This document shows positions 1 to 15,421 of a stretch of 64,000 bases of DNA, piece after piece. The position numbers and the translations under genes were made by a program. The first letter of the stretch is position 1. The number at the start of each line of letters is the position of its first letter. The notes below the pieces were generated by a model. It searched no databases and was not told the DNA's origin. It saw only the letters and a list, made by a program, of their open reading frames with translations. The DNA is from the human T2T-CHM13v2.0 reference genome, Homo sapiens: NCBI RefSeq assembly GCF_009914755.1, contig NC_060947.1; one strand, 5' to 3'.

Positions 1-594
1 ATATATTTTTGAATTATTAACAGAATGTGTTTTCCATCAAACTAAACTGTATTTAAGTATTATCAATTTTAGGTAAGAAATTTTACAAGTGTGTGTCAGT
101 ACTAACTTCAAGCTATTGATTTTTCCTTCCCTGGCTCTGTCTCTCTTTCTCTCATAAACCCAATTCTTCAAAAAAATGGCTGAGATTCTTGATTGCATTT
201 AAAATTTGAATGCTAGAATTTTTCTCTTTCTTCCATCAGTTCTGATTTGGCAATTATGCTTAAAATATTCTTGTAAAGTCAGAGACTAACCTTCCGATAA
301 CCTTACAAATGTGTATCCTGCCATTAATAGTCATGTTCTCTCAAATTACAAAGTGTTTTTTCTTTATTCTCTTATTTTATACGCCAGTCATCAGAATGCC
401 CATTGCAAGCCAAATGTATACACATTGTGCTGCTGAATTAAGGTACAATGTATTCCTCAAGATATTTAGTAAGACTATGCAAAACACGATCTGAAATGGA
501 GTTAAGCAAAGCACACACACACAAACCGTCAATAAAATTTACAGGCCTCTTCCTTATCTTACATGTTATGACCCAAATAATCAGATACAAACCC

Positions 595-1081
595 TGTGGT
601 GGGCAGGATAATGGCCCTCCCAAAATGCCTGCATCCTCTGCAAACTCTGAATGTGTCACCTTACATGGAAAAAGAAGCTTGGAAGGTGTGATCAACTGTG
701 CAGATTTTGTAATGGGGAGATGATCCTGAATTATTCAAGTGGACCCAATTTCAACTCATGAGAACTTAAAATCAGAGATCATTTTCCAGCTGTGACCATA
801 GGGAGATATAACTATGGAAAAATTCTCAAAAAGAGATGCAGCACTACTGGCATTGAAAATCGTGGATAGGACCATGTACAAATGAATGCAGATCACCTCT
901 AGAAATTGGGAAAAGGTAAGGAAACAGTTTCTCCCCCTGAGGCTGCAGAAACAAATGCAGTCCCACTGACACCTTAATTTTGATCGCCAGCCCTTCTGCA
1001 GAACTGTAAGACAAACACTTTCATTGTTTTAGATGCTGAGTTTGTAGCAATTTGTTACAGAAACTGTAGACAACAAATGCA
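595..1081 (+). mobile_element. MaLR solo LTR, MLT1D-like
   Basis: Starts TGTGGTGGGCAGGATAATGGCCC, contains ATGGGGAGATGATCCTGAATTATTCAAGTGGACCC, ends ...TTTGTTACAG...AAATGCA; near-TSD AACCC/AGCCC. Confidence 0.85.
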
Positions 1082-1764
1082 AGCCCTACTTTTGTTGTAT
1101 GTTAGTTCTCTTGAACTACAGTGGATACCATGCATTTAACTCCAGAATTCTGCCAACAATCACTGGCAGTGTAGATGGAATGGTCTTCCTAAATGATACA
1201 TTTCAGTACATTCCTTTCTTTTTGAAATGTCAGCAATGCTAGAGCACTCAGTCTTCTGAACATGTTTCGTCAAGCCCTAGTGATGCAGTCTTCTCCTTAG
1301 TACCCACACCTCTGAGACCCCTAGGCAGAAACCATGGTGACTTGCTCATAAGAATCCCTTTGTTAATTATTTTCCTCTCTTCTGGATTGATTTCCGTGCC
1401 CATCTATGTTGCCATAACACTGTATTTTCTTGGACTATAACTCAGCTGAGTTAAATCAAGTCTTATTATTTAAGTCTCATTAATTGGGTCTTTCCTGATC
1501 TTTCTTGTCACCAGTAGAACTGGCTACACCATCATTTGTGAGCCACTTATGAACTCTGCGTGTATTGTACACAACATCATGCATGATGCTTTATTCACTG
1601 GTTTTGTTTGCAGGTTTCCCTCCATCATAATTCCCAATAAAAGGACTTATATGAACTCCCATATTTCCCATAATTACAAATAAAAGCAAAACTTGCATGA
1701 TTATAATCATGCAAGGCTCTGAGAAATAGAGTATATATCAGCACATCAGTCTATGGGATTGGTG

Positions 1765-2460
1765 GACAACAACCTAGGAGATAAAAGGTGAGTACTATAG
1801 ACACTCTTTTGCCTTCATGAAGCTTATAATCTAGTAGTGTGGCAAACACTAGTCCATAAATGAATAACATTGCAACTTTTACAGACAATCTGAAGGAAAG
1901 ATAAGATATTGTGAGTGTGAATGGCGAGATGAAAGGATTGCTCACATAAAGACAGTCAGGAGATGTTCTGCTGAAAATATTATTCATACATCTCTTTTAT
2001 GACCTGAAAGATGAAAGCAGTCAACTCGGTAGCAATGTGATAAAGAATTCCAGGGAGGTGCTGACATCCATCAGTAGTGGAGGCACCATGGTGCTTTCAT
2101 AAGAGCTCAAGGATGGCCAGCAAAGACCCAAGATTAAAAAAGAAGACTATGTCAATGCCAAAAGAAGTAACTGTAGAAGTCTGCAGTATGGAAGACAGCA
2201 TCTGAAAGACAGGTAGAATAGGTGGACTTCAACATAGATAGGGAAACTAAGATCGAGAGACAAAGGAAAATCAGGAAACAGTTGCATCTGTGAAGACAAG
2301 GGAAGCAATTCTTTGCAATCACTGGGAATGGGCAATAGTGTGGAAATATTGACCAAAAGGCCAAGAAGGACACAGAAATTTCTATTTGTTTTACAATGTA
2401 GAAGTCAAAGGGGACTTGTCCACAATCTATGGTGGTAGAATGAATAGGTATCAGAGAAAT
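1765..2460 (-). mobile_element. LINE-2 fragment
   Basis: TGCCTTCATGAAGCTTATAATCTAGT and purine-rich downstream sequence resemble antisense L2 3' region; edges approximate. Confidence 0.55.
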
Positions 2461-3442
2461 GCAATAAAGCAAATAAATAAAACTTTTCCTTAAAGGCAAG
2501 GGTTATGTTCTTATATACACAATGCCTGGAAGAGAGTAGGTATGTAAAATTAGTAGTTAACTGAACATGTAAGCTTAAAGATAGTTTTTCTTCCTAATGC
2601 CTGGTGTTGATGGTACTCCATGGCAGAATCATGTGTACATTCAAGTCTCTCCTTCTGCATGGGAACAATTGAATAGGGCCAGCAATACTCAGAGGCCTCT
2701 CAGCCATATGTGTCAGTCAGTGAGGGATGTTCTCTCCGCCTGGAATTCATTCATCCCGAGCGATGTCTCCAGATTCTAATGTCTGTGCTTCATGACAAGT
2801 GCATAGGAGGGTTAAAATAAAATCCTCTCAAGTGCAAAATTAGTGCCTGAAGACTTCTAGATGGGTCTTGAGAACTTCAGATGAGATCTTAGTATGCCTG
2901 GGCGAGATATACCTTTTAGTGTTAACTCTATTGCTTGTTGTATCTTTGATCATGACCCCCCCCCAAAAAAAAAGTTAAAAATACACCAGAAAGTGTCTCA
3001 TATTTAAAAAGCAGGGGCTATAAGAGCACATTTTTCATCCATGGCACATGGACTTAGCGTCTGCCAGGTACATCTGAGAGTTAACAAGATGTGATGGTAA
3101 AGAAATTGAACATTAGAAAAATGATTAAGTATTACAAGTTTAGTCCAAATTACACAATGTCTATGTGCATCTCAAATGAATTCCCAATTAGAAAGAACAT
3201 GTGGGTATTCTTTTCCCCAAAAACTTTATTTAGTAATAAAGACAGAAGCAACTTATATTTCAATCCAGTTATTTTTAATCATGTGATAAATGTAAAAAGT
3301 ATAGGAACAAAGGAATAACAGATGAATAGAGAAAAATGGGTAATATGTGGTTTTAATTTAATAATTCTTAGAATATACTGAGATTAAATGGTTGTGAAGG
3401 TAGTCTAGATTTCTGAAATTAGAAACCTGACATTTTGGCAAT

Positions 3443-3560
3443 AACAAACCAGCAATCCTGAGAGGACCCACAGACGCTCTGAAGGAAGCGGAGTGCTCCT
3501 GCAGGACCCGGGAGACCCCCCCAAAAACTGTGAGCCCCAACTGCAGAAGTGGGAAAGGGA
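3443..3560 (+). mobile_element. L1PB(a)-like 5'UTR fragment
   Basis: GAGAGGACCCACAGACGCTCTGAAGGAAGCGGAGTGCTCCTGCAGGACCCGGGAGAC...GTGGGAAAGGGA matches recalled L1PBa 5' end; GC-rich patch in AT-rich flanks. Confidence 0.7.
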
Positions 3561-3734
3561 TGTTGACATGGCTATATGTTGAGAAAGAAACTGTTATTCT
3601 AAGATCAGTTATATTCCTACAGCCAAAGAAATTGTTGTAGAAGTCTTTAATGATTATGGTAGAAACCATGTCATAAACATGAGATTAAAAAAGAAAACTT
3701 CCCATAATAAATGCCACTCCTAAACGATGAGCTC

Positions 3735-4204
3735 CATAGTAGGCCAAATGATGGTTTTCCAAAGCTGTATCCTGGACAAAATTCCCAGAAGCTGCAAATG
3801 CATGAGCTTGCATGGTAAGAAGGAATTTGCGGCTATAATTAAGTAAAGGATTGTGACATGGGGAGATGATCTTGGATTGTCCTGGTGGGCCCAATATAAT
3901 CATGAAGGTACTAATATAGAAAAGGGAGGTAGGAGAATCCGAGTTGGTAGTGGAAGATTTGAATACAGAAGAAATGCAACTGGTTGGAAGAAAGCAAAAA
4001 AGCAATTATGAGCCAAGAAATGAGGATAGACTCTATCAGTTGAAAGAGATGAGAACAGATGTCTCCCTAGAGCCTTGAGAAGAAACACAGACCTGTTAAA
4101 ACCTTGATTTTATACTTTCTGACTCCAAGGCTGTAAGAGTATGAATTTGTATTAAGACACTAAAGGTGTAGTAATTTGTTAAATCTGTATTGAGAAATTA
4201 AAGC
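3735..4204 (+). mobile_element. MaLR solo LTR, MLT1D-like
   Basis: ATGGGGAGATGATCTTGGATTGTCCTGGTGGGCCCAATATAATC core and ...GTAGTAATTTGTTA 3' end. Confidence 0.8.
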
Positions 4205-4422
4205 CAATTAAAATAGTATTTTATGTTAGGTTTCATAAATACATATACGTATGGGTTGCAGTAATTTAAATACATACTATGTATTTAATCATATTAATAG
4301 TAATAGTAATCATATTACTATGGTTGCAGTAATTAAATACATACTATGCACTTCTGGATTGATTAGGAATATTTATGTGCACATACTTGCTACAGTTGCT
4401 AATATGTTTAAATTATGTAGGG

Positions 4423-4532
4423 GTGTGTGTGTATATACATATACATGTATATATATACGTGTGCATGTATACACACACATATATATACATATATATATAC
4501 GAATATGTAGATATTCACATGCATGTGTGTGA
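4423..4532. repeat. (TA/TG/CA)n degenerate microsatellite
   Basis: Alternating purine-pyrimidine runs. Confidence 0.85.
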
Positions 4533-4569
4533 TACAGGATTAAATGCAAGGTAATATTGCCTACGCTAC

Positions 4570-4893
4570 TTTTTGAATTTTTGTTTTAGATACATGGTCT
4601 TGCTCTGTCAATTAGGCTGGAGTGCAGTGGCGTGATCATTACTCCATGTAGCCTTAAACTCCTGGGCTCAAGTGATCCTTCTGTCTCAGCCTCCTGAGCA
4701 ACTGGGACTACAGGCATGTGCCACCACACCTAGCTAATTTTTTCTTTTCTTTTTCTTTTTTTTTTTTTTTTTTTGTAGGGATGGGCTCCTTCTATTTTGC
4801 CAAAGCTGGTCTTGAACTCCTGGGCTCGGGTGATCCTCCTGCCTCAGCCTCCCAAACTGCTAGGATTACACGCCTGGGCCACTGCGTCCAGCC
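4570..4893 (-). mobile_element. Alu, AluJ-like
   Basis: Antisense dimeric Alu with expanded T-rich linker and CCTGGGCTCAAGTGATCC motif. Confidence 0.93.
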
Positions 4894-4899
4894 TGAAAA

Positions 4900-6266
<1,367 letters not shown>

Positions 6267-6420
6267 CAGTCACCGTGGAAAACAGTATGATGCTTATTCA
6301 ATAAATAAAAAATATAATTACCATATGATCCAGCAATTCCATTTCTATGAATATACTCAAAAGAATTAAAAACAAGGGCATAAAGAAATGCCTGTCCATC
6401 CATGCACATAGCCATTTTCA
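6267..6420 (+). mobile_element. L1M ORF2 3' fragment
   Basis: GTGGAAAACAGTATG...TTACCATATGATCCAGCAATTCCATTTCT is typical L1 ORF2 C-terminal sequence. Confidence 0.8.
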
Positions 6421-6500
6421 ATATTGTCCTGTATGGTCAGTAGCTGTCTCCTGTTTATGTGCCTAATGTTTGAGAACGGCTACTACTTTTTGATATTTGA

Positions 6501-6941
<441 letters not shown>

Positions 6942-7015
6942 TAATCTGAATTAGTTTGTATTTCAGGAATGCCTCTGGTAAGCAGCATCTGTTAGTTTTT
7001 GTTGTTCTTAATCAA

Positions 7016-7510
7016 CAGTCAGTTAGAGATATTATGGCTGTATAACAGATAACTCCAAATGCTCATGGGCTTTGTGGATAAGGACTTCAGACACAGCAGC
7101 ATGCACTGTGATATAGTAGCCTCAGCTGGGAAGCGTGGTGTCAGAGGTCACTGGATAGTTGGGCTGAAGGCTTGGTCATGAGATGAGTTAAAGATGAGAA
7201 CGTCCAACCAGAGCTCCTATTTGTGCCCTTTCCATGTGGCATATTTTCCCCACAGCATTAATAGTTATTCTTCCTACAAGTAGGTTCAGGGTCTCAAGTG
7301 CAAAATTCCAGTAGACCACATGGAAGTCTTCCTACATGACTCACCCTCAAAAGTAACACAGTCTCACTTCCTCCCTGAAGAACTCGCTGAGATTCATGGG
7401 GAAGGAAACTGATTCCGTCTCGTGATCAAGGTGTGAGAAATTCATATTGTAGGAGACACTATGGAATGGAAATATTGTCATGGACCTCTATGGAAAATAC
7501 AATTATTCAC
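7016..7510 (-). mobile_element. Old MaLR LTR (MLT1I/J-like)
   Basis: GGCTGTATAACAGATAACTCC start and GGAAAATACAATTATTCACA end resemble antisense old MLT1. Confidence 0.55.
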
Positions 7511-9245
7511 ATAGTTTAACATTTGCTTTCTCATATTTAGAGCATTAAATCCATGTATATTAAAACTAATTATTGATATATTGGTTTTTAAATCTATTAT
7601 CTTATTATTTACATTCCCTTGTCCCCCATCAATTCCAACCTCTTCATTCCTTCATTTCTTGATGCTTTTGAAAAATTGCATTTTATTATTTTTTCCAGCT
7701 ATCTTCTTGAAAGTTATGCTGTAAAAAATTTAAATGATTATTTTGTGTTCTGCATAGAAAAGAACTTGTATCATAATTTACTACTTCTTCCCACAAAGTG
7801 CAAAGATCTGACACCACACCAACAAAATTTGTTGTTTACTCTATTTGTCAATTATATCTACATTTTAAAACCCAAAAGCCAATATTATTATTACATAAAC
7901 ATTTATAAATACATACATATAAGTGTATGCGTTTTATACATATACCAATGTTATACCATAATACATATTAGCTTGCTATATATCAATGACACATTGTGAT
8001 ACATAACAATTATATATCAATTTTGCACACACACACACACACACACCACCACCACCACCATTTGGATTCTCTAAATTTCTCCCACATCTCAAAACTTTTA
8101 TCTTAGAGAGTTTTCTTTCAGCCCGAATTGTTACCTTGAGTGAAAATCTACTGTTGGTAAAGTTCCTTGAGTTTTGTCTTCCAAAATGTCTTTTCTCATT
8201 ATTTTTTCCTGAAATGTGTTTAAACTGGGTACAGAATTCTAGGTTGGAAGTTACTTTCTTCTTTCTTTCTTTCCAATTTCTTCTTGGCTCCACTTGTTCT
8301 GTTGAAAGGTGATGCATAAGTTTCATAGCTGCTCTTCTAAATATAATCACTACATGGAAGGTAATTCAACAAAAAAATTTCTATTATTTATTGTTATATT
8401 TTTGTAGGTTAATTCTCAGTATTTTACTATTATATGCTATATATGTGGAGTTCTACAAATTATTATTTTTTCCTTTTTAATTATTTCTTGTGCCTACTGC
8501 GATACGTATTGTCAAAATTGAATAGAGGTTGGCCTAATTGAACATTGCCGATTCCCCATTTTCTTTCTGCTGTGTGTTTATAGGAATCCAGACATACATG
8601 TGTTGGACATATTTACTTTATTCTCATGCCCTTTATGTGGTTTTCTGTATGTTCAATCTTATTACCCCTTTATATTTTATTCTGCATATTTTCAATTATT
8701 TATCCTTCAGTTTCTTAATTCCCTCTTCAGTGTTTCCTGATTTGTTAATAAGTTCGTGCTTTGCCATCTTTTAAAAAGTAATTTATATAGTATAACCTAA
8801 TCTACACACAGTGGAATTTACTTGTTCTATAGTTCTATTAATTTTGACAAATATAATACATGCATTTATGTAATCATCCTTACAGATAAAATATAGAACA
8901 ATTACCTCAACCCAATGCACTCTATCATGTTTCTTTCTAATAAATTCATCCTTCTCCCCAAACCCAGCTGCTGACAACTTATCCTGTCCCTATTTCTGCA
9001 ATCTATCTTTTCTTATGCCAACATCTGTGTCTACCCTTCCACAAACACTACACTGTCTTATCATTGCAGCTTTATGTAAATTTTCAAAACAGATGAAAGG
9101 AGTCCTCCAACTTTGTTATTGCTTGCCAAATTATTTTGGCTTAATTCCTTTCGTTTTCCACATATATTTAATAACTAACTTGTCAATATCCACGAAACAA
9201 ATTTGGCTGGAATTTTGACCAAGAATGTGTTTATTCATAGTTTTA
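7511..9245 (-). mobile_element. Old L1M fragments with (CA)n(CCA)n at ~8026-8060
   Basis: CTGGGTACAGAATTCTAGGTTGG, TGTTGGTAAAGTTCC and CACTGTCTTATCATTGCAGCTTT resemble antisense L1M. Confidence 0.55.
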
Positions 9246-9588
9246 ATTCATTGTCTTGCCTCTGAGCAAATCTATAGAATTTTTCTTGGGATGCAAGGAA
9301 TTGAAGTGTAAGAAACACTTCACCCATTGTTTCTTTCTTTCTCTCATAGTACCCATCGAGGGCAGGCATTTTGTTCACATATTTATGACTGTTAGGACAA
9401 GTGATCCACCATCTTATAGCTTGTAGTAGAATAAATTATATCAATTTATTATAGGATTAATCAAATTAATTCTAGATCAGATGCCTGATAAGTCACTAAA
9501 AGCCCATAGAATCACCAAGCACTGTTTAAATTTTTATTTTTTTCTTGCCATTTTGAAATATAAAGTTATCCATTTACAGTATAGTATG

Positions 9589-9878
9589 GGCAAGACGCGG
9601 TCACTGAGGCCTGTAATCCCAGCACTTTGGAAGGCTGAGAGGGGAGGATCACTCGAGTCCAGGTGTTCGAGACCAGCCTGGGTAACATCGTGAGACCCCC
9701 CCTCCGCCTCTCCAAAATTAAAAAAAAAAATGCTGGTGTAGTGGTGCACAGCTGTGGTCCCAGATACTTAGGGGGCTGCAGTGGGAGGATTGCTTAAGCC
9801 TGGGAAGTCAAGGCTGCAGTGAGCTGTGATCATGCCACTTTACCCCAGCCTGGGAGACAAAGACCCTATTAAAAAAAT
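9589..9878 (+). mobile_element. Alu, AluJ-like, followed by (CA)n at 9893-9921
   Basis: Dimeric Alu with GGAGGATTGCTTAAGCCTGGGAAGTCAAGGCTGCAGTGAGC. Confidence 0.92.
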
Positions 9879-9892
9879 ACACAAATACATAG

Positions 9893-9923
<31 letters not shown>

Positions 9924-10800
9924 TTAAAAGAAACACAAAAGGTGAAGTAAGAAAGGACAAGTAAGAAGATTTTCAACTTTGCAAAAATCACCCTACGTTT
10001 TCTTAAATGTGAGCTTTCTTTGGCCCACTAATTATTTACAGAACATGTTCGAACTGAGGATAGACTGTGTATAAAATTAAATTTAAGAGGGTCTACTGGT
10101 TGAAATGGATCATTTACAAATTTATATAAAACAATTGGAAAACAAGAATCATAACTATAAAACTGATTAACTCACAGATTTTAAAACTTCTATTGCTTAA
10201 AGAAAGATATATGTTTCTTTAAAGACTTATATATACATATATTTTTACTTAAATTTCTTCCTATCTGAACCCAAGTAAACAAGGGAAAATTCAGCATATT
10301 AGAAAAAAGCATTTCACACATCAACAGAATTTTCCTCTACATATGTTAATCTTTCTTTTCCAGGTCAATGAAACTATTAACTTTTCTACAGCATTTTTCT
10401 GAACATAAGTGTTTTTCTCATTTTGCTGAAGGTGAAATGGGAATTCTCAAATACTACTGTGAAGAGCAATATTGCAATATGTGCCAAAAACTTGTTAAAT
10501 GTTCATTTGTCTCACCAAATGATTTCAATTCTTTTGATATATCTCAATGAAGTGGAACAGATTTTGAAAAAAATAATATTAAAAACAGATTCGTAATGCT
10601 GTTAGTGGGTGCTGTAGATGTTAGTGATCGAAAAAAAAGAAAAAAAATCTGATGTTGAATTACAAGGGATTTTGTATGTAATTTTGCAATGACTATCTCA
10701 TGGAAGAATATTTAACCATTAAGCTGATGCATAGTACCATAGAAAAATGTTGTTAACATAAAGTGACTAAAGGTAGGGTATGTACTTATATGGATAAAAG

Positions 10801-10816
10801 GCATACACACACACAC

Positions 10817-10862
<46 letters not shown>
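10801..10862. repeat. (CA)n-(TA)~21 microsatellite
   Basis: Perfect AT run at 10821-10862. Confidence 0.95.
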
Positions 10863-10864
<2 letters not shown>

Positions 10865-10896
10865 ACATGACTCATATATTTAAAAGGAAAGCTATG

Positions 10897-11190
<294 letters not shown>

Positions 11191-11260
11191 CTAAAAATAA
11201 ATACTATGTAAAAACAATACCAGATACATTTACAAACATGTTAGTAATGAAATTTTTTGC

Positions 11261-12370
<1,110 letters not shown>

Positions 12371-12678
12371 TATGGCTAGTTTTCTAATAAAAATTGGCAT
12401 TATTTTAAAAGAAATGTTTCCAACAATTGACCAATGCACATTTTTATAAAAGATGCCTCTAATGTGTGTTTTAAGTCTTTTTCAATGAAAATAAAGATAA
12501 GTTTATTAATGAGCACATAGCAATGGAGTAGAAAGTGTAACATGTTAAATTAATTATATGCTTTTAAAAATCAAATTAATTAGAATATAGGTATATTACT
12601 AAGAAATTCACCATGCTTGGTGTGATATAATATCATGGGTTAGAAAAATGTTTTCTAGATATCTTTGTCAGTTTACAG

Positions 12679-12905
12679 CAGGTAGTCAGCACATTTTTTT
12701 TTATTGTAGACAGCCTTGTAGTAAATCTTTTTTGGATTTGTAGGCTATATGTTCTCTCTTGAAGCTGCAGTGTTTAATTCTGCCGCTGCATTGAAAATGC
12801 AAGGATAGACAGTAAGTAAATAAATGAGCATGGCTGAGTTTTCATGGAATTTTATTTACCAAAACCAGGGACAAGCTGAATTTGGCTGTGGTTTCCCAAC
12901 CCCTG
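12679..12905 (-). mobile_element. MER58A (hAT-Charlie MITE)
   Basis: CAGG...CCAACCCCTG termini; internal AAATGAGCATGGCTGAGTTTTCATGGAATTTTATTTACCAAAACCAGG matches antisense MER58A. Confidence 0.85.
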
Positions 12906-13674
12906 GCTTAGAATATTTCTCTTATCATTAAGTTTTTTGGGGGGCAACTTTAATGTCTGAAAATAAAATAAAATAAAATGTCTTAGAATGATTATTGTTT
13001 TCAAAATAAACTACAATACAGACAAAATATTTCCTTCTGCAAATTCAATATACCTGAAAGGTTAAATATTTATGATATTTATATACAGTCAATACATTAT
13101 GAGGTTACAGCTACTGTATTTTTATCCTTATTATTTTCATTATCTGCTCTAAAACCTTTAGACATGCAGAACATGTCTAAATCTTTCAAGCATAATTTCA
13201 TATCTTTAGAGTTTTAAACCAGACATGAACCTCAGCTTCCTCATGGAACAGATGACACATCTACCTTTTAATAATGCCATGGAAACATTGTTTCGACAAA
13301 GTTACAGAACTAAAACAAAGCTGTAATTCAGAGTCGATGCTAGAGAGATTCCCTGATGAGTTTTTTTCCCCACCAATCAAGCACAAAGCAGACCACCAAC
13401 AGAAAACAAAAGGAGACAATTAAGATAGGTTGTGTTATAAGTTGAACAACTTGTATCCTTTTATTTCTAACTTGTTGGGCTAAGGAAAAATACTCAAGTG
13501 AGATCCGCATGCACATACCCAGAGAGATCTGTGTATTCCCCAGCCTTTAAACAGACTAAGCAAAATGAGTGCATTCAAAGTTACTTTTATAAATGTAACT
13601 GAATACGTAATCCACCAGATTGCAATGCTGAGTATCAGACACATCATAGAGTTAAAAAAGTTTTAAATAGTTAA

Positions 13675-13808
13675 TTATTATTATTTTTAAAATAGAGATG
13701 GGGCTCTCGCTATGTTGTCCAGGCTGGTCTCAAACTCCTGGCCTCAAGCAAGCTTCCCTCCTTCGCCTCCTAAAGTGCTGGGATTACAGGTGTGAGCCAC
13801 TGTGGGCA
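13675..13808 (-). mobile_element. FLAM / Alu left monomer
   Basis: Single antisense monomer AGAGATGGGGCTCTCGCTATG...GTGAGCCACTG. Confidence 0.85.
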
Positions 13809-14470
13809 TCTGATGGTAGAGCTTTGTAAAGATCAGTTCCCTGAGTACCTCCCCAGACATTTCCCATCCATTTTAGGTCTGTAGTGAGCTGAGGGATGAT
13901 GGGGTTAAATTACAACTGCTTGAGAAACTCAGCTACAAACATCTTGACAAGAAAAAGACTCCTTTGTGGTTTTAAATTAAGACACTGCCTCTTCTACATG
14001 TGAGTTCCATTACATAGTGATTTGTTTTTATTTCCTAGTTGGAATCATAGTTTCTGTTTATATACCACAAATATTAGGAAGACAAGCACCATTCCGATGT
14101 GTCATAAATCGCAGTGTTTAGGGGTCGCTCTCTGAGTGATTACATTCTTACAAAACGCTTTAAACAAACAAAACTATTTAAAATATCCTTCAAGACACAT
14201 ATGACGAGGCAAGTGGACATGCTGTTAGTCTTGGTGTTTCTTTTGTTAGCTAACAAAACTTAATGTTTTGCTAATGAATCATGCTATGCCCCAAATGTTG
14301 TGAAATTCATTTCCAAAATAACTGATTCTCAGGGCTTAATTTTATTGATGAATTTGTTGCTGGTTTAAGCAGACAGCAACAGAGAACAAAGTGCATATCC
14401 ACAACAAATACCCAGAGTATGTTTCTGTGTGCTGTGGTGTTGAGAATCAGTGTTCGTGAATGCCCTGGGA

Positions 14471-14576
14471 TGACACGTCATTGTTAGATCCAGAAAATGG
14501 GATGATGGGGTGGGAAACTTGACGATCGTTCAGCTGTTCCTCTATAAAAGGCTGCATTATGCGTACACCTCAATTT
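14471..14576 (+). promoter_or_regulatory. Candidate TATA+Inr core promoter
   Basis: TATAAAAG at 14543-14550; Inr-like TCAATTT with A at 14572 (TATA at -29); CAGCTG at 14531; TGACACGTCA at 14471; apparently non-repeat DNA. Motif evidence only. Confidence 0.25.
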
Positions 14577-15216
14577 GGTTTTAAAACAATGTTTATGGTT
14601 TCTCATCAATGGTTTATCGGATGTTTTATTGGGGCACCCAACTACGGATATGAAGCACTTAGTAAAGAACTATTCCTAAAAGCTATTAAAGGGCTGTAAA
14701 CTGAGCAGCTTTACTGCCCCCAGCTCACGCAGTTGACATAAACCATGTCAGTCATTTGTCCATCAGCATCCACCATAGCTTGACCACCACAGTCAAGAAC
14801 AATTCTTCCATTAGCTGCTGTAGGAAGGCTACCTGGACCTGTGAGCTTTCTCAGGACCTAAACTACAAAATAAATCTGCAATCTCATTCAGAGAAGAATG
14901 CATCTAAGCAGAATTAAATGTTCAACTACATGTCTATGAAGTAAATTATGCCATGTTTATAAATAAGTACATTTAGTAGTCATGAAAATATCACTGCACT
15001 TAAAAGAATGCAATGGTCCCTATTTTTTCTTAGTTCTTAACCATTCCTAAATAAGCATATTCGCCCTTCAAAACCACATAGGCCAGTTTAAATTAAAGGA
15101 TTTGTTTACAGGCAGACAGATGATGTTCTTTAAATATTGATTATAATACTATGTTATAATAATATAGAAAGCATGTATAATTAATATTGCATACTATATA
15201 CTACTTATATATATAA

Positions 15217-15421
15217 TTGTGTTCAAAATATTAAGAGTACATGGGTTTGTTTTATACTGATAAGCATTGAGAATATGTATATGCCTTCTCATATATAAAT
15301 ACATATATATAAATTATCTCCTTAAGTAGACAATTCTCAATGATTTATCTATATAATACAAACATATATTCTCAATGATTATCTAAAACAAACCCATGTA
15401 CTCTAAATATTTTGAAAGCAA
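15217..15421. repeat. Imperfect inverted repeat, ~55-60 bp arms
   Basis: AGAGTACATGGGTTTGTTTTA (15234-15254) is the exact reverse complement of TAAAACAAACCCATGTACTCT (15384-15404); similarity extends on both sides. Confidence 0.92.

Noticed and set aside
1597-1685. Possible terminal exon (TTTTGTTTGCAG acceptor followed by AATAAA)
   Set aside because: Such signals are frequent by chance in AT-rich DNA; no upstream exon or coding evidence.
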